Shown here: positions 23,019 to 34,190 of the stretch, piece by piece
Layout: each line of letters starts with the position of its first letter
How positions within the stretch are numbered: position 1 is the stretch's first letter
Assembly: GCA_002104905.1 (NCBI GenBank)
Contig: MCFE01000476.1
Span: forward strand, 4,694 to 68,693
Length of the DNA stretch: 64,000 nt
Origin: Basidiobolus meristosporus CBS 931.73
Lineage: Eukaryota > Fungi > Basidiobolomycota
Direction: 5' to 3'
The notes under the pieces: generated by a model
Database searches by the model: none
What the model saw: the letters and a program-made list of their open reading frames with translations, nothing else
Told to the model about the DNA's origin: nothing
Position numbers and translations under genes: made by a program

Positions 23019-24937
23019 ATAAAGCAAGGAAAGCACTATTCTGAGCAACATAAGTAAGATTGAGTAAAATTACCAGTAACTGTATCATACCACTGGCATC
23101 ATGGTAGAAACTATAGTGCCAGATAGTGCTGTAGAGTGCCAGATCAATCCGGCACTATAAACAGGCAGGCACTATGTGGCACTATCCAACGGAACAAGTC
23201 TATTATCCTGGATTCCAACAGGCAAATGGATTTTGGGCCAGCATTGGCATACTAAGAAAGTATCTTGAGAATAGCAGAAATTATCAAAGGCAGCAGAACA
23301 AGGGTGCCATGGCTAAAAACCAGCAGCTTCCTCAAGAGCCTGTTACAAGCAGGGCCAAGCAGGCAGTCATTGAAGCACCAGCACAATATTTATCAAGGAA
23401 AAAGTGTAGTACCACTCAAGAAGCCCCCAGTCAAAGTAGCAGTGAAGGATCTGGCAGTGATAAAAACCAGCTGCTGTTACTGGAGCCTGTCACAACTATG
23501 GTTGAGAGCTGAAAACAAGCTGAAAAGAAACACAGGTTGCCAGAAGAGTACCAGCAAGGGACAAGCAGGCCAAAACAGATGCATCAGAGCAGAATTTATT
23601 GAGGAGAAAATGTAGTTCTTTACAAGAAGCATTCAGACAAAGTAGCAGTGAAAGACCTGACAGTGATAAAGGAAAAGGTAAAGGGAAAAATGTCTACCCA
23701 AGCCTGAGACAGGGAGGCATGCAGAAGAAACTGCAGTTCTCCGCAATTAACACCACAAGCCAGGAACAGACTGAATCCCATCATAGCCAAGAAGAATTAC
23801 CGACAAGAAAACAGCTGTTGGAAGCACAGCCAGTTCAGCTTCACTCCAGCAAGGTAGAAGAGTTTGATGAAAAAAGCAATTTGTCTACCACAGCATCCAC
23901 ATCCTCCACAGCCTCCATTGTTGACAGAGTGGGGATCCCACTGCCAGACAAGGCTACAATGTCAAGAGCTCAAAAGACTATCACAATGCCTTCAGTGGAG
24001 CTTTGGAACATTAATAGGCACACCAAGAGGTTGCAGCACTTCTTCAGGAGCAGTGCTCAAGAAAATGCACTGGAATATTGCAAGGATTTATTGCAAAGAC
24101 TAGCAGATAAGACGCTAGACCTTGCAGTGCTGGCTGAAGACCAGGATGTGTGGGAACCAGTGAATGAACAGTGGCATAAAGCCGTTGGGCTCCTGCCAAA
24201 GTCATGCAACCAGAGCATTACAACAGAAATACTTATTGAGTGGTGGATTTTAATGAAGTTACTTGCTGAGTGTGGGGTTGGGCTTAATGTTAGTGTAGGG
24301 TATAGAGACTTGTATAGGTCTATACAATTGGCAATTGAGGTACAACTGAAGTTTCAATGGAAATAAATCAATTTGTATGCATGAAAAGTAAGAGAAATGG
24401 TTGAGGCAGGAACTAAGGAGTGTGAAAAAGAGGCAATAGCCAATTAACTCACACAAACATAGGAGGCAATAGAGTGTCTGGGATCAGAAAGTGAGCAAAC
24501 TGACTGGGAACCAATCAAAAGGCACTTATACATTGTTGTGATGAAAAATTTTGACAAAGTCTTTTGTGAAATCTGGGGTGCAATTATTTTTCATTGGTCT
24601 CTGGACAGTGTCCTGACAAGATCAGTATCTCTTAGTCATGGGACATTAACTTTGTGAAGGCCTTTTGATGGGATCATCTCAATAGTTTTTCATAGGGATA
24701 ATGGTAAAGGTAAACAGAAAAGGTCTTCCAAAGTCAGAGACAGGGAGCCTGAGGAAAAAGCAGCAGTTCTCAGCAGTTAATGCTGTCATCCCAGAACAGG
24801 CTGAGTCCCATCATAGCCCAGAAGAATTACCAACAAGACATTAGTTGTTTTCTCAAGTGTTGGAGGTGCAGCCAGTGGAACTGGGCTCCAGTGAGGTAGA
24901 TGAGTTTGCAGAGAAAATCAATTTATCTGCCATCACC

Positions 24938-25797
24938 TTTTATAATCACATGACATCCTTGACCTTTCATGATCTGGCCATATCATGTTGGTGAAGAATT
25001 CCCAGTTCTTTCTGGAGAGCTCTACTACATTTTAGCAACTCTTGGAGAGCTCCAAGTCAACAATTCACAATGAAATATTCTATGGAAGCTTCCCTTTGAA
25101 GTTTATGTAGCTCAAAACTATATATGGCCACTGCATGTCACATGACCTAGTCACATGATCAGCTGACCCTTGACATATCCACATGTGATGTTCTAATATG
25201 TTCTTCAGTATATTTTTATCTTAGAACAGTTGCTGTGCCTCACCCCAGAGCTCCATAAGTACTAGCCAATATCCCTGGGCATCCATATTGCCAGAAGTAT
25301 ATAAATTCCCTGTTGTAGCAGTCTTGGCAATATTGAAAGTGAATGGGAGAACAAGTAGATTATGTGGTTTCACTTAATTATTTATCAATGTTAAGTAGTA
25401 TTTATAAATTTACTTGGTATTGGCATAACAAACATGTAGAATAGGCTTAGGAAGGTCCCAAGAGCATGTGTGCAAAGTTTGGGGCTGTATGGACAACTCA
25501 GAGAATTTTATGTTCTGGGTACCTGGTATATTGGTGAAAATACTCTAAGTAAATCCCAACAAGGAGTCTGGTCAGTATTCACTTGGATTGGAAGGTATTG
25601 ATCTAAGTGACTAAGTTAGGCAAATATTTAGGTGGAATTACATACTTCTAGAACAGTTCTATCCCCCTTTATATGCTCTGCAGTCTGATAAATGTTGGTC
25701 ATGAATAACTAGCCTTGTCTTATTGATCAGCACCCAAGTCCTTTCCTGGTCCTCCCTAGCCCATCTCTACTCTTCTGCCTTAGATCCGCTGATAACA
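24938..25797. repeat. Unclassified repeat R5 (possible solo LTR, about 515 bp native) with a nested Copia A LTR
   Basis: Interrupts an ORF X copy and ends ...TGATAACA. Inverted partial copy at about 34510-34830. No clean TSD. Confidence 0.4.
25311..25655 (-). repeat. Copia A solo LTR (diverged)
   Basis: Homologous to 2116-2464 over its whole length; no PBS or PPT neighbours. Confidence 0.8.
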
Positions 25798-26607
25798 CTA
25801 TCCCCACACCTTCCACTGTAGGCAGAGTGGAGATCACACTGACGGACAAAGCAACAACATCAAGCACTCAAAGTCTATCACAATGTATAGGAACCAGTGA
25901 GTAAGCAGTGGCATAAAGCCACAGGGCTCCTACAGAAGTCATGGAAAACGGGACATTGCAGCATAAGTTCCTATTGAATAAAGATTTTTATGGAGTTGCT
26001 TTTTGAGTGTGGGGCTGGGCCTAGTGTTAGTGGTGAGTATAGGGACTTGCATAAGTCAATATAATTGGCAATTAGAGTAAAACTGAAGTTTCAACACAAA
26101 TAAAGCAACTTGTATGTATGCAAATTAAGAGAATTGGTTGAGTCAGGAAGTAAGGAGTATGAAAATGAGCCATTAGCTAATCATTGGACACAAGTGTAGA
26201 AGCTGATTGGGTGTACATGATCAAAAAGTGAGAGAATTGGTGGGGACCATTCAGATGCCACTGTTGTATTGTTGTGGTGATGAGTTTTGACTCAGTTTTT
26301 TGCAAATCTGGGGGGCAATTACTTGTCAACAGTGCTTGCATAGTGTCCTGATAGGATCAATACCTTGTAGTCACAGGACTTTATTCATGTGATGATCTTT
26401 TGATGGTGTGGTGAGGCATAAGTCCAAGGGAAAGATACATCCAACACTTCTCAAGTGTTTTGTGTGTGGGGTGTTCACTGGGTGCAAGAACCACTGGCAA
26501 CAGCTTGTTGGGAATACTTGGGTTCTCTTTCTACTCAAACATGGAGGGGAATAAAGTCAAAAGCTTGTCAAGGGAAAGCTATTGAGCTACAATCCCCAAC
26601 TCAGCGG

Positions 26608-27677
26608 TGTGATGGTGTATAAGTCCAAGGGAGAGATATGTCCAACACTTCTCAAGTGTTTTGTGTGTGGGGTGCTCACTGGGTGCAATAACCTCTGGCA
26701 AAAGCTTGCTAGGAATACTTGGGTTCTGTCTCTAATCTAATGTGAACAGGAATAAAGCCATAAGCTTGTCAAGGGACAACTATTGAGCTACAATCCCCAA
26801 CTTAGTTGGCGTCTTAACAAAAGTATGTGCTGGGTTCAGCGTCCTTTGAGATGACAATGTACTAAAGCTTCCAAAGTCAAAACAACTGTAAACTCCACCA
26901 GCAGGGACTTGATAAGAATGCAGCTGTGGTCAATAGTTACAAAGAAAGAAAAGTATCTTTGCCTGTACAAGAACAAACTTGTGAAAGAATCAAATATAAT
27001 AAATTATACCTACTCTGAGTATTCCTCACCAGTAGTGCCTCCAAGGTCAGTTGGCTGTCAGTGCGGTTTCCTGGGAGTGTCCTGTGGTCTGGGGTTGGAA
27101 GTTCAGGTAGCAGCAGGTAGCAGTGATCACACTAATCAACAAGTTGGTATATTGATAAAAGGGATGATGATTTATTGTAGAGGGACAGCCTCCCTTATAT
27201 ACTTTTCTCACTGGCTAAGTGATTACTAATCATGGTGTTCCAGAAGGTTCCGGATATCAATAGAAATCTTATTGACATCAGAATGACCTAAGAATTTTCT
27301 AAGTAGGTGCCGGAAGGTTCCAAGAGGCACAGCACATCCAACCAATCAGGAATCAGTATTCTGAAACCTGCGTAACATAAGGATACCATATATGGTATGG
27401 AAATGGTAGGGATGGTGACACGGGTTGGTCATGTGCCGCGGGTACTGGCGCTGGAACTTGCCTAATATAGAAGCACTTATAGCTAGTAATCTTACATAAA
27501 GTGAGGGGTAACTTATGCAATAAGGTAAGCAGGTGTGATAGTCAACTGGCTTATGGGATAGTACTGATTGGGTAAGACAAATGGGATAAAACTAAAATAA
27601 GTGTAGTAGAGATATGGAAAGTAGAAAATAAGGGAATGAGCACATCTGTCAGTGGGTGTCACTGTCATCCCACTACA
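26608..27677. mobile_element. R1 solo LTR nested in an R1 LTR
   Basis: TGTGATGG...CCACTACA; flanks GCGG/GCAG. Confidence 0.88.
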
Positions 27678-28049
27678 GCAGGCATCTTAATAAATGTATT
27701 TGCTGGGAGCAGCATCCTTTGAGATGACAATGTGCTAAAGCTCCCAAGGTCAGATCAACTGTAAACTTCACCAGCAGGGACTTAATTAAAATGCAGCTGT
27801 TGTCAACAGTTACAAAGACAGAGAGCTAACTTTCCCTGTACAAGAACAAACTTGGGAAAGAACAAAATATAATAAAAGATTCCAACTCTGAGTATTCCTC
27901 ACAAATGGTGCCTCCAAGGTTAGATGGCCATCAGTGAGGTTTCTTGGGAGTGTCCTATGGTCTGGGACTGGAAGTTTAGGTAGCAGCAGGTAGCAGTGAT
28001 CACACTAATCTACAAGTCAGTTTGTTGACAAAAGGGATGATGATTTATT

Positions 28050-28783
28050 AGACTTGTTCTGTTGGATAGGGCCACATTGAGCCATGAGTGCCAAATGATG
28101 CCATAGTGTGCCAGAGAGGTCAAGTGAGCCTCTACCTGGCCACAGAGTGTGAAACATAGCTCCGCATCTTCATGCCAAGCAGCCCCTGTGTTTCACCCAT
28201 TGTGTTGGAGAAAATCCATTTTTGGACCTTTTTTTTTGGATCAATGTTGTGCAGGATGTGTTAGAGCAAAAGCAGATTGAAGATATGCATCTGGTACTCA
28301 ATACCCATGGCACTCTGAATCTAGCTCCTGTAGCTTGTATCATGTCACAAAAATGAATGGCACTATCTTGGTCCACTGGTACTATCTGGCACTATAAGTG
28401 CTTTGTATAGATCTTACTTTAGGGCTAATATTTAAATATAGTGCCAGATAGTACCAGTGGACCAAGATAGTGCCATTCATTTTTGTGACATGATACAAGC
28501 TACAGGAGCTAGATTCAGAGTGCCATGGGTATTGAGTACCAGATGCATATCTTCAGCTCTCCTGTGCTCTTACACATCCTGAGCTACATTGATCCACAAA
28601 AAAAGGTCAAAAAATGGATTTTCTCCTGCGCAATGGGTGAAACACAGGGGTTGCTTTACATGAAGATGCAGAGCTATGTTTCACACTCTGTGGCCAAGTA
28701 TAGGCTCACTTGACCTCTCTGGCACACTATGGCATTGTTTGGCACTCATGGCTCAATGTGGCACTATCCAACGGAACAAGTCT
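28050..28783. mobile_element. Foldback MITE, copy 2
   Basis: Same termini; TSD ATT/ATT, confirmed against uninterrupted R1 copies (GATTT-ATT-G). Confidence 0.92.
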
Positions 28784-29498
28784 ATTGTTAAGGAATTGCC
28801 TCCCTTGTATACGTTTTACGTTATCTAAGTGATCACCAATCATGGTGTTCCAGAAGGTTGTGGAGATCCATAGAAATCTCAATCTCATCAGAATGAGCTA
28901 AGAATGACGTGAGTAGATGCTGGAAGGTTTTAAGAGACACAGCATATCCAACCAACCAGGATCAGTATTCTAAGATGTGTGCAACATAGGGATGCCATAT
29001 ATGGAATGAAGAAGGTAGGGATTGTGACGCCATTTAATCAAATGCTACAAGTCCTGGTGGAGGTACTTGCCTAATATAGAAGGACTTACATCTAGTAATC
29101 TTACACAGAAGTATGGAGTAGGCCCATCTGTCAGTGGGTGTCACTGTGACCCCACTGCAACAGGATCATCACAATTATTATTTACAGGGACTCTAAAATA
29201 ATGGTTCTGGAAACTTTAGCTATACTTTTCTGATAAAGCTTAACTAGTAAAGGCCAAGACACCAGATTAATTGAGATCCATTTTTGTGTTGATAGGTGTA
29301 GTAGATAAATGAGAATTGCATTATCAATCAACTGATATCTTGGCAACTGCCAAGTGTTTAGATAGATTTTAAAGGACTAATCACTTGGAAAGGCTTGGCA
29401 GAGCAGTTGATGGTCTAATGACCCTATGCAAATGGATCATATATACAGCTAAAAATAGGTTCTGAGACGGGATAAAATAAACTGTAACTGAAGTTAGT

Positions 29499-30231
29499 AG
29501 ACTTGTTCCGTTGGAGAGTGCCACATTGAGCCATGAGTGCCAAATGATGCCATAGTGTGCCAGAGAGGTCAAGTGAGCCTCTACCTGGCCACAGAGTGTG
29601 AAACATAGCTCCGCATCTTCATGCCAAGCAGCCCCTGTGTTTCACCCATTGTGTTGGAGAAAATCCATTTTTGGACCTTTTTTTTTGGATCAATGTTGTG
29701 CAGGATGTGTTAGAGCACAAGCAGATTGAAGATATGCATCTGGTACTCAATACCCATGGCACTCTGAATCTAGCTCCTGTAGCTTGTATCATGTCACAAA
29801 AATGAATGGCACTATCTTGGTCCACTGGTACTATCTGGCACTATAAGTGCTTTGTATAGATCTTACTTTAGGGCTAATATTTAAATATAGTGCCAGATAG
29901 TACCAGTGGACCAAGATAGTGCCATTCATTTTTGTGACATGATACAAGCTACAGGAGCTAGATTCAGAGTGCCATGGGTATTGAGTACCAGATGCATATC
30001 TTCAGTTCTCCTGTGCTCTTACACATCCTGAGCTACATTGCTCCACAAAAAAGGTCAAAAAATGGATTTTCTCCTGTGCAATGGGTGAAACACAGGGGTT
30101 GCTTTACATGAAGATGCAGAGCTATGTTTCACACTCTGTGGCCAAGTATAGGCTCACTTGACCTCTCTGGCACACTATGGCATTGTTTGGCACTTATGGC
30201 TCAATGTGGCACTATCCAACGGAACAAGTCT
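29499..30231. mobile_element. Foldback MITE, copy 3
   Basis: Same termini; TSD AGT/AGT. Confidence 0.92.
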
Positions 30232-30379
30232 AGTTATGTTCAGGATAGGAAAATCACTTAGGGTGATAGATTTGCCATCAGAGTAAAATATGCTAAGTTA
30301 TAAAAGTTTTGATACTCTCTGGGCTGCCCTGCATCTCCAATACAGATCAAAAATGGAAGCATCACCAACAATGGTGTAT

Positions 30380-31950
30380 GGTTTCCAGGAGTTGTTTTTG
30401 GCATCCTAACCTTTACACTTGGCAAAATAGAGGCAATTTGGCTCTTCTCCATACTTATACTTTTACATGGTCTGGGCACAAGAGGTCCATAGAATAGGTC
30501 TGAGAGGGTCTTAAGAATATGGGTGCAAAGTTTGGGGTTGTTTGGACAGCTTATCAAAATTTTATGTTAGGGGCACCTAATATTTTGGTGAAAGTATTCC
30601 AACCAAATCACAACAAGGAATTTGATCAGTATTCTCTAAGATTTTAGGTAATGATCTAAGTGACCTTGCTAGGCAGATATTTAGGTGGAATTACAAATTT
30701 CTACTACACTCCCACTCAACTAAATGTTCAAACTGACTAATACTAATTTTGACCCAAGATATTCAAATCTGTCTCTAGCTAATGGTTTGGTGAATATGTC
30801 TGCAATCACTTCATCCAAAGAACAGTAAGCTAAGTTAGCTTTGTTACTCTTTAAAGCATCACATCTGAAATTGTGTCTAATATCTATATGCTTAGTTCTA
30901 GCATGAAAAGTTAGATTTCTATTTAATTTTATTAATCCTTGATTATCTTGAAATAAAGTTACAGGTGTTTTTGACATAGGCCTGAATCTTGAAAAAAGTT
31001 TCCTTAACCACATTGCTTTTTCATAGCTTCACAGGTTGCCATATGTCTTTGTGCTAGAAAGGGCTACACTTGGTTGCTTTATTGAATACCATGAAATTCC
31101 TCCATTACAGTAAAGAAAGGTGAATTCTGTGTTGGACATTCTGTCTTCCAAATTTTGTCCCAACTTGCACCAGAGTATCCAGCAAGATCTTGTTCTAAAT
31201 GCTTATAGCTGTACCTAAAGCAGATATCAGCAGTTCCCTTTAGGTATCTAAATATCCACTTAACTGCTGTAATAAGATCAGATCCATAGTTCTGATTATG
31301 CTGGCTGGCAACTCCCACTAAATATGAGATATCTTGATGTGGTCAAAGCATGCTTTGTATCAGACTACCAGCCATAGATTGATAAGGGTAGTTGGGGCTT
31401 TTGAATGGCACCAAGCTCTCTTGAATTGGTAGAGCTTTGACCAAGTTAAGGTTTGTCTCCAATGGGTTAGCTGCTGGTTTACAGTCCTTTGTTTGGTACA
31501 TGTTAAGTATATCTTGAATATAACTGCATTTGCTTAGGGTGATAATATGGGTACTTTGATCTATGGAGAACTTTATCCCCAAGTGGTAACTGAGTTCTCC
31601 TAGATCAGACATCTTGAATTCTTTAGATAGACTGGATTTAATCACTTCTAATGTTTCTAGGTTATTGCCAGCTATAATAATATCATTTGCATATAGAGCT
31701 ACTAGAGCTGGATTTGCTCTATATGGCTTATTGTATATACTATAGTCAGTATTACTCCTTTTGAAGCTCAAAGATTTGAACTAAGAGTCTATCTTGCAAT
31801 TCTAGGCACTTAGTTATTATTCAAGACTGCACAGATTTTTTCAGCTTGCAAACCAAAGAGGGTTATATTGGTCAAGAAACCAATTAGGCTCATCTAAATA
31901 CATGCCATCATCAAGTTATCCATCCAATCTTTGACACTATTGGAAGTTTT
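30380..31950 (-). pseudogene. Copia A-related RT/RNase H relic with PPT and 3' LTR
   Basis: ALYANDIIIAG, MSDLGELSYHLGI, HARTKHIDIRH; purine tract then LTR starting at 30708. Confidence 0.75.
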
Positions 31951-33831
31951 GTATGAAATCACCTGGAAATCAATCAAAACTTGAGCCTAAAAGTATAAAA
32001 TGCATATCTTTAGGCTACTGCAATGCAAGTATAGCACACAAAATCTATAAAAGGAAGCAAAGTGGTTGATGAGGTTGAAGTATATTCCTTTTGATGAAAT
32101 TTCAAAATTCTCACAAATGGAGACACTGAATAATGATTAAATCTGATAGCAAGTATATCAGTAGTCAGGATGAAATCAGGACAAAATAATGAGAGTTTTT
32201 CCCCTGCAGAGGACTCTGCAACTATGGTCTGCCTAAATCTGTACCCAGGAGTATCCTAAGAGTATGCATTCTAGTACCTGAAACCAGATGATAAAACCTA
32301 ACCAGAAATAGCCCAATTTACTATGTCAGTGTGGGTATAAGCTTAGCCTATGCCTATTCAGTTCATAGTGATGTGCTGCAGACTGTAAAAGAGGCTCTTA
32401 ATAGCCCCAAGAAAAGGTTTGGAGATCTGCAACAACTAAGGAGTATCAGGCCCTGATGAAAAATCAGACATGCAACTTTTCAAACACCAATTGACCCAAA
32501 GTTAACTGAATGCAGATGGGTCTTAAAGACAAATGCAAGGCTGAGAGTATAACTAAAAGATACCAAGCAGGACTTAGGGTCAAAGAATACTCTCATACAA
32601 AAGTACTTGACTATATTGACACCTTTCACTGGGAGTTAAGTTGAATATTATCAGAGTAATACTTGCTATTGCAGCCAAATATCAGATTTTTATTCATTGA
32701 GTGGATGTAACACTGCATTTTTCAATGAAGAACTTGATGAGAATGTGTATATGGGCCTGCTGGATGGGCCTGCTGACTAAAATAACTACCATTTGGTCTG
32801 CAAGATTCAAAACACCAATGAGGTCTGATACAATCACAAGCCTAAACTTGCAAGAGAGAATCTTATTTGGAATTAATGAGTTACCATAAGAGTACTGCTG
32901 ACCATAGTCTGTATTTTAAGCCAGATAGAGAAATTCAGTTCCATTAGCTGTACATATGGATGATTGTATTTTAGCCACCATTGAACTATAAATATTGAAA
33001 GAGACTAAACCAGTCTATCTGAGGAGTTCAAGATATCCAACAAAGGTGAGCTCATTTACTACTTAGGGATAAAGCTTTGCATAAAAAGAAGTGCCCAGAC
33101 AAATACCCTAAACTAATCCAACTATATCCAAGAAATACTAAAGAAGAACCATATCAAAAACTTTAAAGCAGCTGCTACCCCAATGAAGACAATCCTTAAC
33201 TTGGCCAAAACTCAACAGAATCAAGAGAGCTTGGTACTATTTGAAAGCCCAGAATACCCTTACCAGTCTATGGGCAGCAGCTTAAAGTTTGGGTTATGTC
33301 TAGATATCTCATATTTGGTGGGAGTTGTCAGCAAGCATAAGCAGAGCTATATATTCAATGCCATTGCAATAGTTAAGCGGATTTTTTGATACTAATAGGA
33401 ACTACTAACTTCTACTTAAAGCACTCCGTGGGGATTCAAAATAAGGTCTTGTTGGATACTCTGATGCTGATCAGGGACAGATTTAACAGACAGATGATGC
33501 ACCACAGAATACACATTTCTCTACTGTACAGGAGTATTTTGATTTAATTTGCAAAAGCAGCTGACCATAGCACTTTCTCCCATAGAGGCAGAGTATAGGG
33601 CACCTGTGAGACAATGTGATTAAGAAAGCTCTTTAAAGTCCTATGTTCATGCCAAAAAATGCCTGTTACTTTATTTCAAGATAATCAAGGATGTACACAA
33701 TCAGGCAGAAATATAACATCTCATGTTTGAACTAAGCATATATATTTTAGACCTCATTTCATATGTAGAGCAAAAGAAAGCAGCCTAGATAATATAGCTT
33801 ACTGATATACAGCTGAAATAATTGCAGACGT
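31950..33831 (+). pseudogene. Copia A-related integrase C-terminus/RT/RNase H relic, strongly decayed, head-to-head with the preceding relic
   Basis: Collinear with 9770-11250; ends at ...GCAGACGT (IADV) where an R1 LTR begins. Confidence 0.7.
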
Positions 33832-34190
33832 TGGAGTGGGGTCACAGTGACACCCACTGATAGATGTGCTCATTCCCATATTTTCTACTTCCCAATTTTC
33901 TACTACCTTAATATTACTTTTATCTCATTTGACTTACTTGAGCAGTACTATCCCATACACCAGCTGACTATCACACCTGCTTACCCTATTGCATAAGTTA
34001 TCCCTCACTTTATGTAAGATTATTTGATCTGAGTGCTTCTGTCCTAAGCAGGTGCCCATACCAGTACTTTTAACACATGACCAGAGTACTTTACCATCCC
34101 TGCCATTTACATACCATATATGGTATCCCTGTGTCACACAGGCTTCAGAATATTGATCCTTGATTGGTTGGGTGTGCTGTACTCTTGGAA
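33832..34190. repeat. Partial R1 LTR (inverted)
   Basis: TG(G)AGTGGGGTCACAGTGACACCC start; preceded by ACGT. Confidence 0.75.

Larger units (their letters stand above)
18702..23201. mobile_element. PHIS-superfamily (PIF/Harbinger-related, Pangu-like) autonomous-type DNA transposon
   Basis: 11-bp TIR AGACTTGTTCC; TSD ATT (18699-18701, 23202-23204); empty paralogous site CATGAGC-ATT-ATCCTGG near 55521-55537; DDE transposase plus divergent second ORF. Confidence 0.9.
17142..24366 (+). pseudogene. CMC element second gene (ORF X), unknown function, interrupted by a MITE and the PHIS element
   Basis: The reading continues across both insertions (…VPIEG|NNVDSSG… and …LELFHEH|YPGFQQANGFW…), with a few stops and frameshifts. 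Paralogous fragments at 13200-13755, 24700-26100, 34190-34510, 36950-37610, 54490-54720, 55440-56900 and 57450-58190. Confidence 0.65.
13756..24697. mobile_element. Complete CACTA/CMC-like DNA transposon (about 5.7 kb native) carrying nested insertions
   Basis: Left end CCCTACAAAAA, right end TTTTTCATAGGG; ATAA at 13752-13755 and 24698-24701. The empty paralogous site GACAGTG-ATAA-AGGAAAAGG (about 23657) aligns without gaps. Confidence 0.8.
26407..29159. mobile_element. R1 solo LTR hosting a second R1 LTR and a MITE
   Basis: Starts TGTGGTGA, ends CCACTGCA; flanks ATGG (26403-26406) and ACAG (29160-29163). Confidence 0.8.
2465..29189. mobile_element. Old CACTA/CMC-like DNA transposon (outer copy), split by many nested insertions; left end outside the window
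   Basis: Collinear pieces 2465-4773, 11694-12077, 13147-13755, 24698-24937, 25798-26406 and 29160-29189 match the better-preserved copy at 13756-24697. Right end ...TTTACAGGG at 29189. Confidence 0.7.
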
